A stretch of 64,000 nucleotides of DNA from Bdellovibrionales bacterium (GCA_020850475.1 JADZEO010000113.1:631-64630), one strand, 5' to 3'; shown: positions 1 to 9,890, numbered from the stretch's first letter. Numbers and translations: made by a program. The notes: generated by a model not told the origin, from the sequence alone.

Positions 1-246
1 TCCAGTGTGGCAAACGTCAATCCTTTGGAAAAGGCCACGCTCCTGACTCAAGGTATTGCCTTGGCGATGAACACGACGGCTTACGGTCTGATCATGGCGA
101 TTCCAGCCCTGATTATGTACGGAGTCCTGCAAAATCGCGCCAACCAACTAAGTGACGATCTTAATCAAGGCGCTTTGCGAGTATTTAACTGGTTGAGTTT
201 TACCTACGACGTCATGCCCAACCGCACTCGTCGCGTAAAAGGTTGA
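1..246 (+). CDS. MotA/TolQ/ExbB-family proton-channel subunit (AglR-like), 5'-truncated by the window edge
   Basis: The frame is open from base 1. The C-terminal TM helix GIALAMNTTAYGLIMAIPAL matches the ExbB/TolQ G(I)xxAL.tTa.GL.vAIPa signature. It is followed by two ExbD genes. Confidence 0.85.
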   Translation, partial: SSVANVNPLEKATLLTQGIALAMNTTAYGLIMAIPALIMYGVLQNRANQLSDDLNQGALRVFNWLSFTYDVMPNRTRRVKG

Positions 247-275
247 TTCTGTAGCTGACCTAAAACCAGACGGAG

Positions 276-731
276 ATGAGGAAGATGAGCCGAAACCGCG
301 AAGAAAATTTTGAAATCAATCTGTTGCCTGTGATTTCGATCCTCGCCGTGTGTATCAGCTTTCTGCTGCTGACGGCGGTATGGATTAAGATCGGGTCAAT
401 GGATGTTTCGCAAGCGGTGGGGCCGGTTACGGCGGAACAAAAGCCCAATCCACCGTCCTTACAAATTCGCATGGATCAAGGCGGGCGATTACTTTTGAGC
501 ATCAAAGACACGCCCAAAATGAACAACGCCACTCTCACCATCGACCGCACCACTGACGGCATTGACTGGGACGCCTTTGACCGCGCGGTGATCCGGGCAA
601 CGAGCAAAGTGCCTGAGTTAAAAACGGTCCTCATTTTCCCGTCCGCTGAGTTTCGCTACCGCGATCTCATCAAAATGATGGACGGCATGAAGAAAAAAGG
701 GCTCCCGGATATCGGCATTGCTCCTCTGTAA
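276..731 (+). CDS. ExbD/TolR-family protein (AglS-like)
   Basis: It has a single N-terminal TM (EINLLPVISILAVCISFLLLTAVW) and a periplasmic domain ending in the ExbD-like motif LIFPSAEFRYRDLIKMMD. The usual TM Asp (xPxxD) is Ser here. Confidence 0.8.
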   Translation: MRKMSRNREENFEINLLPVISILAVCISFLLLTAVWIKIGSMDVSQAVGPVTAEQKPNPPSLQIRMDQGGRLLLSIKDTPKMNNATLTIDRTTDGIDWDAFDRAVIRATSKVPELKTVLIFPSAEFRYRDLIKMMDGMKKKGLPDIGIAPL

Positions 732-758
732 AGTGAACTCCCGAGCGAGGTAAAGAAC

Positions 759-1256
759 ATGAAGTTTAGCGCACTAAAAACTGAAATGATGAACTCGCCG
801 ATCAGCAACCAGGCGACGGTACGTCCGCGCAAAAGTATCTTCCGCCGCCCCTTGGTGACCACTCTCATTTTGACTTCCCTCGTTGATGCCTTTTCGATTC
901 TCGTCATCTATCTTTTGGTTAACACCGGTGCCGCCACCGAGCCTCTGGACAGCAAGCAACTCCAACTCCCCTTCGCCTCACAGAGCGAAGTGCTCCAGGC
1001 CGGCCTGGTCATTCGAATTGAAAACAACCGCTATTACCTCAACGACCAAGAGGTGCGCAGCACCATCCTCGGAGATGCTCTGGAGAAAGCCAATTCGGCA
1101 CTCGTAGATAAAGGTGATGAGCGCTCGGGTAAAGCCATCATCGTGGCCGATCAAAATGTAAAATTCGAAGACCTTAATCCCGTAATCACGGCGTGTTCTC
1201 AGACTCAAATCAAGAAAATCAAGTTTGCGGTCTATCCGGAGGAACCCGGCACATGA
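759..1256 (+). CDS. ExbD/TolR-family protein
   Basis: The TM segment LILTSLVDAFSILVIYLL carries the conserved Asp, and the C-terminus has IIVADQNVKFEDL. RBS GAGG lies upstream. Confidence 0.85.
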   Translation: MKFSALKTEMMNSPISNQATVRPRKSIFRRPLVTTLILTSLVDAFSILVIYLLVNTGAATEPLDSKQLQLPFASQSEVLQAGLVIRIENNRYYLNDQEVRSTILGDALEKANSALVDKGDERSGKAIIVADQNVKFEDLNPVITACSQTQIKKIKFAVYPEEPGT

Positions 1257-4252
1257 TGAGACTCCTCCTCACCCTCAGCTTGTTGATTGGGCTCGCCGCC
1301 CAGGCCGCCAAGAAGATGGACTTGGAAACCCATGACTTGGTGATCAATAAGTTAGAAGGAGTGACGGGAAATCTCCAAAATACCGACGCCCAGCAATTGC
1401 CCGTACTGCTCCGACTGGCTGATCTCTACGCTGATCGTGCCCGTCTGCGCGCCATGGCCGAGGCCGAAAAAAGCTGCACCGATGGCTGCCTTGGCAGTCT
1501 TAGCGATCGTCAGCGGGCGTTACAAATCTATCAGCGGGCGTTTCAACAAAGTGACAAAACTCAGCAGGGCCGCCTGCTTTTGCAAATGTCTCACTTGTAT
1601 CAGTCCATCGGCCAAACCGACCAGGCCGCAAAACTGCTCCATCAAATCATCAACGCGGGCGCCGCTCGCTATGGCCGCCAAACCTTGGGTATGGCTTACA
1701 ACACCTTAGGTGAAATCGAATATCGCGACAGCCGATTTACTCAGGCGAAATACTACTTTGGACGGGCCTTTCAGGAACGCTCCATTCCGCGAAGGGGATT
1801 TGCCCTGTATCGCCTGGCTTGGAGTAACTTTAACTTGGGTAACCTTGAGGCCGCGATTGAACAAATGACGACACTGCTGAGCTCACGAGAGCTGCTCAAT
1901 CTCGGTGACGGCGCGACCCCTGAGGGGCACAATTCCTTCAACGAAGACGTGGCTCGCGATTTTGCCACCTTTCTGGCGCGTCGGCCGATGACTGCCGATC
2001 ACATTAACCTTCTGCTCAAGTTAACTCCAGAACCCATTCGCCGCTCCAACTTGTTTTATTTGGCAACCGAGGCCGAGCGTCTGGGACAGAAGTCTTCAGC
2101 GATTTTGATTTGGATGACTTACACCAAAACCGGCAACCTCCAGAATTTGGAGCCTTTGGAAATCCAAATTCGTTTGGCCCAACTCCATTTTGATCTGGGC
2201 CAAAAGAACCAAGCTGTGACTGAATACCAAAAGGCCACGCAAATCTGGAAGACACAGGGTTGCAGCCAAGAAGAAGAATGCAATGAGCTGCGCATTCGGT
2301 TGCGCAACTTTGTTACGACCTGGAATCGCCTGGAAAAGAAAAACCCTTCCCCCCAATTGCTCCAGGTTTATCAATCCTATGGCGACGTGTTTCCCAAGGA
2401 TGTTGAGATGCACTTTTGGGCGGGTCAAATCGGGCAAACCAAACAGCAATTTGAAGATGCGGTTCGTTCTTTCGCCAAGGCCGCCGATCTCGCGCAAGCT
2501 GAACTCAAGTCCGGCAAAAGCCACCTCGATCAACCCACTCTACAAAGACTGCTCGCCGGTTCCTTGCTTGGGGAAGTTGAGGCGGCTGAATCAACTAAAA
2601 AATTGCCGATTAAGATCGCCGCCTACAACCATTACCTCGCACTCCTCCCTCAAGGGGCGCGGGCTGCCGACATCCGCTATCAAATTGCGCACACCCTTTA
2701 CGAAGACGGCCAACACCGTGAGGCAGCCGAACAATTTCGGCGCCTGGCCGTCGATGCCCGGCTGTCCAACCCCAAATTGGGTGAGAAGTCGGCAGACCTT
2801 GCTCTCGACTCTTTGGTTATTCTCAAAGACGACCAAAACCTCGAACGCTGGTCCTTGGAATTTGCCGGATACTACAGCAATCGGCGACTTGAGTACCTGC
2901 GAATCGCCCGCAAATCTTCGATCAATCAGTCGGCCTTGGTCATTAACAATAGTAAATCTTCAAAAACCGACCAAGCCCGCGCGCTCGACCGTTTAAGCAG
3001 CGTCAATCTGGCCGGTGCGAGTGATGCCGAACGAGCTTCGTATTACCGCAATCAAATGATCCTGGCCGTGCGCACCCGCAATTTGGAGAAGGTGCGCGGT
3101 TCTGCCGAACAGCTTCTCAAGATCAAATCGGTGTCAGCCGGCGATCGTGACGAAGCCCTTAAAAATCTCATTTGGGTGGCGGAACTCAATTTGGACTTCG
3201 GCACCGCCTACCGGCTCACGCGCGACGAATTGGCTGCCGGCAAACAAGCACGAAATCATGCCCTTGATCTCCGTTTGGCAATGCTTGCCGAGCTGGCTGG
3301 GCGCGATCCGAACCCTCACTTCTTTCAATATCTAGAGAAGACCAATTCTTTGCAACAAGCCAATCTGGTCCGGATCCAACTGATCCGCCGCAGCCGCCAG
3401 CCCTGGCGGGAACTCGACAAGCACTTGAGCCAACTCAAACGAACTCCCGCCCTCTTAGCGCAAATTGCGCTCGAAGCCCAGGCGCGCCAAAAAAACCTAC
3501 GCCGCTTAGAGCAGATCGTGCGAGTTCCGGGAGTGGAAAACACTCCCTCAGGCCAAGTCATGGCCCGTCAGCTCGCTTATCGCACGTTGGATCAACGTGC
3601 CCAGAGTGTTTCGCGCCATCAACTCGATCGCCGTTCGGATTCGCGCTTACAAAAGAGCATTCGCCAACGGATGACGGCCTTGGCCCAGCTGGAAGCTCTC
3701 GCCGCCGACGCTATCCGCGCTCGTGACTGGACCATGCAGGCTTTGACCCTTAAAGTTCTCGCCACGGAAAATCGCCGGTTCTATCGGGACCTTCTGGCGT
3801 TGCCAGCTCCCAAGGGCCTCAACAAAAAACAGCGGGAAGAATACCAATCGATTTTGGCCCATCAGGCAGATCCCTACATTCGCATGGCTCGTGATTATGA
3901 TGGACGCGTTAATGACCTGTGGAACCAATCGGACGCGGCCGCACGACTGGAACGCGACTTCAAAGATGGTCGCCGCGAGCTCCGTCCCTTGGTACAGAGC
4001 GAGGCGGCCCGCTTGGCCTCGGCCGCACCGACATCAAACCTCGCTGTACGGCTCAAAAAACTCGCTCAGGCTTCGACCCCCAACCCGGATGCTCAGGAAA
4101 TTCGCGAACTCAAGGCCGACCTCCAGCGCGATCCGTTTAATCAAAGTCTGTTATTGGAGCTGAAGTCGCTCGAAGAAAAGCGCGGGTCCGACACCATGGT
4201 CGCCTTCCTTGACTCACGCCTCGAGCAACTCGCGAAGGAGAAGAAACAATGA
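1253..4252 (+). CDS. Large secreted TPR protein, GltD/AgmU-like gliding component (999 aa)
   Basis: The ATG at 1253 follows GGAGG and overlaps the exbD stop (ATGA). The protein has a signal peptide, multiple TPR-like repeats (e.g. ALYRLAWSNFNLGNLEAA, IRYQIAHTLYEDGQHREAA) and sits in an Agl-Glt-type operon. Confidence 0.7.
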   Translation: MMRLLLTLSLLIGLAAQAAKKMDLETHDLVINKLEGVTGNLQNTDAQQLPVLLRLADLYADRARLRAMAEAEKSCTDGCLGSLSDRQRALQIYQRAFQQSDKTQQGRLLLQMSHLYQSIGQTDQAAKLLHQIINAGAARYGRQTLGMAYNTLGEIEYRDSRFTQAKYYFGRAFQERSIPRRGFALYRLAWSNFNLGNLEAAIEQMTTLLSSRELLNLGDGATPEGHNSFNEDVARDFATFLARRPMTADHINLLLKLTPEPIRRSNLFYLATEAERLGQKSSAILIWMTYTKTGNLQNLEPLEIQIRLAQLHFDLGQKNQAVTEYQKATQIWKTQGCSQEEECNELRIRLRNFVTTWNRLEKKNPSPQLLQVYQSYGDVFPKDVEMHFWAGQIGQTKQQFEDAVRSFAKAADLAQAELKSGKSHLDQPTLQRLLAGSLLGEVEAAESTKKLPIKIAAYNHYLALLPQGARAADIRYQIAHTLYEDGQHREAAEQFRRLAVDARLSNPKLGEKSADLALDSLVILKDDQNLERWSLEFAGYYSNRRLEYLRIARKSSINQSALVINNSKSSKTDQARALDRLSSVNLAGASDAERASYYRNQMILAVRTRNLEKVRGSAEQLLKIKSVSAGDRDEALKNLIWVAELNLDFGTAYRLTRDELAAGKQARNHALDLRLAMLAELAGRDPNPHFFQYLEKTNSLQQANLVRIQLIRRSRQPWRELDKHLSQLKRTPALLAQIALEAQARQKNLRRLEQIVRVPGVENTPSGQVMARQLAYRTLDQRAQSVSRHQLDRRSDSRLQKSIRQRMTALAQLEALAADAIRARDWTMQALTLKVLATENRRFYRDLLALPAPKGLNKKQREEYQSILAHQADPYIRMARDYDGRVNDLWNQSDAAARLERDFKDGRRELRPLVQSEAARLASAAPTSNLAVRLKKLAQASTPNPDAQEIRELKADLQRDPFNQSLLLELKSLEEKRGSDTMVAFLDSRLEQLAKEKKQ

Positions 4253-4524
4253 AAACCTTCCTAGGAATTCTTCTGATTCTTTCGGCAGCGATCGCCAGTG
4301 CCAAAGGCAACCGGCCCGTCGCCAAGACCGCCCCCCAGCCGCAAGCTTCGGCCCAGGGGTCATTGAGTACGGATATTACTTTTGATGGTTCAACCGTTCA
4401 CGGCCGATACAACACTGCGGATGAAGCCACGGCCACGGTTGAAGATGAAAAAATGCTCAATCGTTTATTGGGTGTACGTTTAGATTTTAAAGATCGATTG
4501 CAAACCAACTCCGGTCAACGCTAA
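4249..4524 (+). CDS. Small secreted protein, GltF/CglF-like
   Basis: It has a signal peptide and the motif ITFDGSTVHG...RLLGVRLDFKDRL, which resembles the GltF/CglF core. It lies between the TPR gene and the AgmX/PglI gene. Confidence 0.55.
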   Translation: MKTFLGILLILSAAIASAKGNRPVAKTAPQPQASAQGSLSTDITFDGSTVHGRYNTADEATATVEDEKMLNRLLGVRLDFKDRLQTNSGQR

Positions 4525-4547
4525 GCGGACCGAGTGAAGGTGGAGTT

Positions 4548-5783
4548 ATGGGCGAACGACAATTAGTAATTGAAAATCGACTGGGTCAAGTCGTACGAAC
4601 ACTGAACTGGGACAAAGATCCCATTTTCCTGATTCATCGCCACGACACTGGCCGGGTCGAGGTGCTCGACAGCACTCAGGAGCTCGAATCACGCGGGATC
4701 AATTTCGCACTCCTCACTCAGACTTCAGTTGAAGAAATCAAGAAAAATCCTCTGCGCCTCAACAACGGCGCCACTCTGCGCTTTGCGACCAGTATCACCG
4801 AGACCAGTCCCACCTATGATTTGACCAAAGAAGATTCCGGCCAGTTCTACCGCATCATGAAACGAACCGCGATCGGCCAAGGGGCTCTTCTGGCTCTGAT
4901 TCTATTACTCGGTGGAATAGTTCTGCCCTTCTTCAAGACCGAGGAGTTGGTCGTCACGATCAAACCTCGCGAGAAAATTGAAGTGCCTAAGGCCCCTGTC
5001 GCCGTGGTCGAACCGGCTCGGGCAAAGATTCAACGCAAAGTTTTTCCTAAGAACCTCAAGGCCCGTGTGGTCAATCGTCCCGTTAAACGCGTGGTAAAAA
5101 CGGTGACCACCAAACACACCACACGAAAGCCGCTCAAACAAGTCAACACTGGCCGCGCCGTCAATGTCCGCCGCATGGGTGCGCTCGGGGCACTGGGCGG
5201 AACTCCGAGTGGTTTTAAAGGCTCACGTGGTCTCAATTTGAAATCTCCCGCTCCCGGAACCGGAGCCGGTTTCTCCGGGGTTGGTGGTTCCGGCGGTCTC
5301 TATCAACAAGTGGCGACCAGCGGCTTGATCTCAGCTCCCGTGGGCAGTGGCAAAGGTGAAGGCGCGGGTGGCTACGGCACTCGCGGTAAAGGCGGTGGTC
5401 GATCGGGCTACGGCAAAATGACCATGGCCGGCTCTTCGAATGGCTATTCGCAACCGCTTTCTGAGGAAGCACTCATCGAAGGTGGCTTGGACCGCGATCA
5501 AATCGCGGCGGTCATCAATCGCAACCTCGGTCAGGTGATCTACTGTTATGAAAAGGGCTTGCAATCAGAACCTAAGCTGAGCGGGCGCGTGGCCGTGCGT
5601 TTTACCATCGATGGCAATGGTCGGGTGAAAACTGCAGGACTCGCCAACAGCAGCTTGCGTGATGCCAAAGTTGAAGGATGTATTTTAACGAAATTGCGGG
5701 GCTGGGCATTTCCCCAACCCATTGGTCGCGTCAATGTCAAAGTGACATATCCCTTTGTGTTGAAGCGATTGAGTCAAGGATGA
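4548..5783 (+). CDS. AgmX/PglI C-terminal domain (TonB-like) membrane protein, GltG-like
   Basis: It has one TM, a Pro/Lys-rich then Gly-rich linker, and the C-terminal GGLDRDQIAAVI...YCYEKGL...LSGRVAVRFTIDGNGRV...CIL..LRGWAFPQP...YPF typical of AgmX/PglI TonB_C-like domains. Confidence 0.85.
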   Translation: MGERQLVIENRLGQVVRTLNWDKDPIFLIHRHDTGRVEVLDSTQELESRGINFALLTQTSVEEIKKNPLRLNNGATLRFATSITETSPTYDLTKEDSGQFYRIMKRTAIGQGALLALILLLGGIVLPFFKTEELVVTIKPREKIEVPKAPVAVVEPARAKIQRKVFPKNLKARVVNRPVKRVVKTVTTKHTTRKPLKQVNTGRAVNVRRMGALGALGGTPSGFKGSRGLNLKSPAPGTGAGFSGVGGSGGLYQQVATSGLISAPVGSGKGEGAGGYGTRGKGGGRSGYGKMTMAGSSNGYSQPLSEEALIEGGLDRDQIAAVINRNLGQVIYCYEKGLQSEPKLSGRVAVRFTIDGNGRVKTAGLANSSLRDAKVEGCILTKLRGWAFPQPIGRVNVKVTYPFVLKRLSQG

Positions 5784-5800
5784 GTCTAAAGGAGTGTTTT

Positions 5801-6775
5801 ATGGGTCGCCAATTTGGATTAGTGAACTCGATTTTACTGGTAGCTGCACTGGCTGGCTGTAATGGACATGATCCTGGCCGCCGCGACAGTGATCCACTTA
5901 AAGAGTACCCGGACCTCAAGACCTATATTCCGCCCTCACAAGCTCCGGCACCTGTGGCACCAACCGCGGCGCCGCCGCCCCCGCGCACCCAGGTTTTTAA
6001 ATCGCAGCTCTTTGATGTGCGCACCGAGCAAGAGTCTCAAGCCTCGCTGGTCCTTCAATTCGTAGCTGGCGAGCGTTCTCGGCATGTCTTGAAGATGCGC
6101 ACCTTCGTCGACCGAGTCGAAGCCACTCTGAAGGCTCATGATCTGCCCCCCGGCGCTCGATTGACGGAGGCTCCCGATCAAAAGGGCACCTGGATATTGG
6201 ATTGGGCACCGCCCTTTGACCTGGTAGGTCCCCGCCTTTCCGTCTGGGAAGGCCGCTTTCAAATTGAGTATGTTGTTACCAACAAAACTCCGGCCGCTGA
6301 AGCTGCGCTCTTTAAGGGCGAAGATCGCCTCGTACCGGTGATGCTCTTGGTCCGTCGTACTTCCCAGCAGCCGATTTTAACCGTCAACTTTCCCAAAGGC
6401 TCACTCAACGAGACGCAAGCCGTACCCTTTACCGTTGACGTTATGGATCCTGTCGGCGGCACCAAGCGTGCTCCCGATGTTTTCATTACCTGGGAACCCG
6501 AGACCTTGACCGCCGAAAAGAAACTCTTCCCCGGTCACCAAGCCGTGGTTCGAGATCCGCAAAATCTAAAGCCGAAGGTACAACCCAATGGGAGCTGGAG
6601 ATTTTCTTACATCTACAAGCCTTGGATTGTGGCCGAGGAAGCTCGTAAAGCTGGCCTGAAGGACGAAGTGCATGCTGAGTTTGTGGTCATCGCCAATAGC
6701 GCGATTTCGGATCACAGCTCGACCAGTCCAACTCAAGCGGTTCACATTAAGATGAATCAAGGAAGTGGCAAATGA
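5801..6775 (+). CDS. Hypothetical lipoprotein with Ig-like beta-rich domains
   Basis: The ATG at 5801 follows AAGGAG. It has a lipobox LAGC, a Pro-rich linker and beta-strand-rich repeats, and its stop overlaps the next start (ATGA). Confidence 0.65.
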   Translation: MGRQFGLVNSILLVAALAGCNGHDPGRRDSDPLKEYPDLKTYIPPSQAPAPVAPTAAPPPPRTQVFKSQLFDVRTEQESQASLVLQFVAGERSRHVLKMRTFVDRVEATLKAHDLPPGARLTEAPDQKGTWILDWAPPFDLVGPRLSVWEGRFQIEYVVTNKTPAAEAALFKGEDRLVPVMLLVRRTSQQPILTVNFPKGSLNETQAVPFTVDVMDPVGGTKRAPDVFITWEPETLTAEKKLFPGHQAVVRDPQNLKPKVQPNGSWRFSYIYKPWIVAEEARKAGLKDEVHAEFVVIANSAISDHSSTSPTQAVHIKMNQGSGK

Positions 6776-7467
6776 AACTCCTTAAACTTCTCATTTTAGC
6801 GGCCTTCGTGGTTCCCGCCTCACTCAGTCAAGCTGGCGATCTGCAAAACGATCTCGGAAGCCTAGGCGGCAACAAAGACATCTTAAAGCGGGCGCGCGCT
6901 TTGGACCCCAAAAACCGTTTGCAAGTCGTGCAAAATCGCTTGGTCGATCGCAATTTTCGACTCGAACTCGCGGCCCAATATGGCTCCATTGCCGGTGGCG
7001 ATCCCTATTTAAATACCGACAACCTCGGTGCCCAGCTGGAATTTCACATCAATCCTCGCTGGTCCGTGGGGGCTCGATATTATTCATACTCAAATAGCCT
7101 GAGTACCGAAGGTCAACGCCGCGCTGATTCCGCTCGGGCCGGTCGCGAACCGTTTTTTGACAGTGACTCGGCCATTCAATCTTACCTGGGTGTCATCACT
7201 TGGTATCCGATCTACGGTAAACTCAATTTTTTTGATTGGTCCGTCGCCCAATTTGACATCTACGCCCTCGCTGGTGGCGGTCAAATGGAACTGGAGTCGG
7301 GCAACACCGGCACCTACACTTTTGGAGCTGGTATTGGCATTTGGTTGAGCCAACACGTATCGACTCGCTTTGAAGTCCGTTATCAGGGCTACGAAGATCA
7401 AGTGTACAGCGACAAACGCAAACTCGACCTCACGGTGGTTTCGGCGGGCATTGGCTTTTTGTTGTAA
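6772..7467 (+). CDS. Outer-membrane beta-barrel protein, GltA/B/H-like (OmpA-type barrel)
   Basis: It has a signal peptide, alternating amphipathic strands (QFDIYALAGGG, FGAGIGIWL, RFEVRYQGY) and a terminal VSAGIGFLL. Confidence 0.75.
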   Translation: MKLLKLLILAAFVVPASLSQAGDLQNDLGSLGGNKDILKRARALDPKNRLQVVQNRLVDRNFRLELAAQYGSIAGGDPYLNTDNLGAQLEFHINPRWSVGARYYSYSNSLSTEGQRRADSARAGREPFFDSDSAIQSYLGVITWYPIYGKLNFFDWSVAQFDIYALAGGGQMELESGNTGTYTFGAGIGIWLSQHVSTRFEVRYQGYEDQVYSDKRKLDLTVVSAGIGFLL

Positions 7468-7476
7468 GGATGATTT

Positions 7477-8604
7477 ATGACTCTGTCGTGCGTAAAAACT
7501 CAACTTGCGATCAGTCTGATCGCCCTGCTTGGCGGACTCTCATTTACGGCAATGGGCGGAAGCCTGGATAAGGCTCAACAAGCGAGCCAGATGGCCCAAG
7601 AGGCCAAATGGCAAAATCGCCCGATCCTTCACTTCCGCTCTGCCAAAGAGTTTAACCGCTTCGTTACGACCACTCCCCTTCGCCGTGGCCCCATGTCTGA
7701 GTCTGACCTCTGGCTCCGCTGGCAAGCCGCACTTTGGGCGCCCACCTTCGATCAGACCACTCTGGCGTTGAAAATTCTCAATTGGCTCGACGAACAGGTT
7801 CAAACGGTCGTCGACCAGGACCAAATTGATTTGGCTAAGGCCCGCGTCTACTACCAAAAGTCAAATCTCAAACAAGCCGAGAGCCACTACCGAAAAATTC
7901 CCAGCAGCAGCGACTATTGGATCGAGGCCCAAGAAGAGTTGGCGTGGACTTCTTTACGTCTGAATCAGCATCACCAAACCATTGCCTCATTGGCCACGGT
8001 GCTCGCTCCGGTGTTCTCGCAAATCATTCAAGCGGAGCCGTATTTTTTAAAATCACTCACTCATCTGCAGATTTGCGATTACGGGAAGGTTTTTGAGACG
8101 ACTCAACTCTTTAAAGAGAATTTCAAAAGTCGTATCCCGGCCCTGCAGCAACTGGCACAGGCAGGGACCAGCCCGGCGGCGGAAAAGGCCATCGACCAGC
8201 TGATGGTTTCGCCGTTTCGTTTAACCAGCGTGGGACCAGGTGCTTCCCAACTTCCCGTTCAATTTTGGCGGGATCAGATTTTTCAACGCCACATCTTGCA
8301 CTGGCGAACCTCCAAGAGTCCGGGCTTTCGCGCTCAGGCCATAGCTCGTCTTAAGAACCTTGCCGAACGCGATTTACGCGAGATTTCCTCGATCGTGCAG
8401 AAGATGCATATCGTCGAAGCCGAGGTGATTCAGCGTTTGCATATGGATGTCCATTTAACCGACACTCGGGTGCAGCAAGGTCCGCAAAGCAATGACAAGA
8501 ACCAATTGAAATTTCCCTACACCAGCGAAGTGTGGCTCGACGAATTGGACAGTTACCAAGCCCGGGTGAAGGATTGCCCGAGTCTGCGAAAGGCTTCGTT
8601 ATGA
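7477..8604 (+). CDS. TPR protein, GltC-like
   Basis: It has a signal peptide and a TPR segment (ARVYYQKSNLKQAESHYRKIPSSSDYWIEAQEELAW). The C-terminal FPYTSEVWLDELDSY..C resembles the GltC W.DELG.Y tail. Confidence 0.65.
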   Translation: MTLSCVKTQLAISLIALLGGLSFTAMGGSLDKAQQASQMAQEAKWQNRPILHFRSAKEFNRFVTTTPLRRGPMSESDLWLRWQAALWAPTFDQTTLALKILNWLDEQVQTVVDQDQIDLAKARVYYQKSNLKQAESHYRKIPSSSDYWIEAQEELAWTSLRLNQHHQTIASLATVLAPVFSQIIQAEPYFLKSLTHLQICDYGKVFETTQLFKENFKSRIPALQQLAQAGTSPAAEKAIDQLMVSPFRLTSVGPGASQLPVQFWRDQIFQRHILHWRTSKSPGFRAQAIARLKNLAERDLREISSIVQKMHIVEAEVIQRLHMDVHLTDTRVQQGPQSNDKNQLKFPYTSEVWLDELDSYQARVKDCPSLRKASL

Positions 8605-9890
8605 AAACCAGTCAGAAACAAAATCAAACGATTGCTCATTGGGTGACGCGCACCCTCGCCAGTCTTTGTATTTGCACCCTATTGGCCTGCCAAACCGAAG
8701 CCCCGCCCCTGGTGGCGCCTCCGACTCCGCCGCCGCCGCCTCCGCCACCCGAAGTTTATGTGGCCAACCAGGCGGTGGCTGAACCCAGCCAGAACAGTTT
8801 CACCCCAAAACTTGATATCTTGTTTGTCATTGATGATTCCGGCTCCATGGCTCCTCACCAACAGCGCCTGGCGGCCAACATTGCTCGCTTCGTAGAATCG
8901 TTTTCAGTTGAGGACTTTATTGATTTCCACATTGGGGTGGTTTCGACCTGGGACTCAGTTCGATACGGCAGTCTCGTGCCCGAATTTAATTCCAGCGGTG
9001 CTCGCAACTTCGACCCGATTGGCGAACTCAAGGTTCTCAAGGCACCGGCCCAAAGCCCCAGCCTGCTCGAGGGTAAGTCCGAGCGTTTTTTAAGCCGTTC
9101 GTCCTTTGCTGACCGCCGCGACTTTTTGGCCGTCCTCAAAGAAACTCTCCTGATTGGCTACCGCCAATACTGTTGCAGCGAAGCCAAACTCCGTGAGCTT
9201 CGGGCCGAGGCCAAAAAGGCCGGTCGCGAACCCAAGATCGAATACATGGGACCCGAGTTTGAAGAACTTTTTAGCCCCGTGGTCGCGGCTCTCGGTGCAC
9301 CCGAACGCCTCAGCGGCCCTAACCGAGGATTTTTTCGTCCCGGCTCGCAATTGGTTTTGGTGTTCATGACCGATGCCGACGACGGCTCGCCCACCATCTC
9401 GGTCAATTGGTTTCACGAGTATTTACTTGATCTCACGCGCGATCGCTCCGGCGCCAACTTATCGACCTACGGGATCATTCACCCCAGCAAACAGGCCAGC
9501 AGTCCCGCCTGCCCCAAAGACCCCGCCGGCACCGCCGCCAAAGTGGAAGACTTTTTGGCCAAAACCAAGGGTAAGGTCTTTAACATTTGCTCCCAAGACT
9601 ATGGCAATGAACTGGCCAAAATGGGTCGCGAAATCCGCAAAAAAACTCTCGAAAAGTTCACCGTGTACCTCAACCGGATCCCCGAGGAGGGTTCTTTGGT
9701 GGTTCGCTACGGTAACTTGGAACTCAAAGAAGGCGAAGTCCCAGGTTGGATCAAGAACTCGGCGCAAAAAAAGGTCACGGTTCTGGGCCTTGATCAACTG
9801 CCTCACCAGCCGGGGGCTAAAGTGGATATCAAGTTCACCAATGTCGACCCCAATCGCCCCGATCGCAGCCACCGCATCGGCGGACAATGA
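8601..9890 (+). CDS. vWA-domain lipoprotein (CglB/CglD-like adhesin candidate)
   Basis: The ATG at 8601 overlaps the previous stop. It has a lipobox LLAC, a poly-Pro linker, the MIDAS motif DILFVIDDSGSM and a downstream LVFMTDADD. Confidence 0.75.
   Translation: MKTSQKQNQTIAHWVTRTLASLCICTLLACQTEAPPLVAPPTPPPPPPPPEVYVANQAVAEPSQNSFTPKLDILFVIDDSGSMAPHQQRLAANIARFVESFSVEDFIDFHIGVVSTWDSVRYGSLVPEFNSSGARNFDPIGELKVLKAPAQSPSLLEGKSERFLSRSSFADRRDFLAVLKETLLIGYRQYCCSEAKLRELRAEAKKAGREPKIEYMGPEFEELFSPVVAALGAPERLSGPNRGFFRPGSQLVLVFMTDADDGSPTISVNWFHEYLLDLTRDRSGANLSTYGIIHPSKQASSPACPKDPAGTAAKVEDFLAKTKGKVFNICSQDYGNELAKMGREIRKKTLEKFTVYLNRIPEEGSLVVRYGNLELKEGEVPGWIKNSAQKKVTVLGLDQLPHQPGAKVDIKFTNVDPNRPDRSHRIGGQ

Noticed and set aside
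8718-8750. CCG-rich microsatellite-like run
   Set aside because: It encodes a poly-proline linker; triplet period, so it is not a phase-variation tract.
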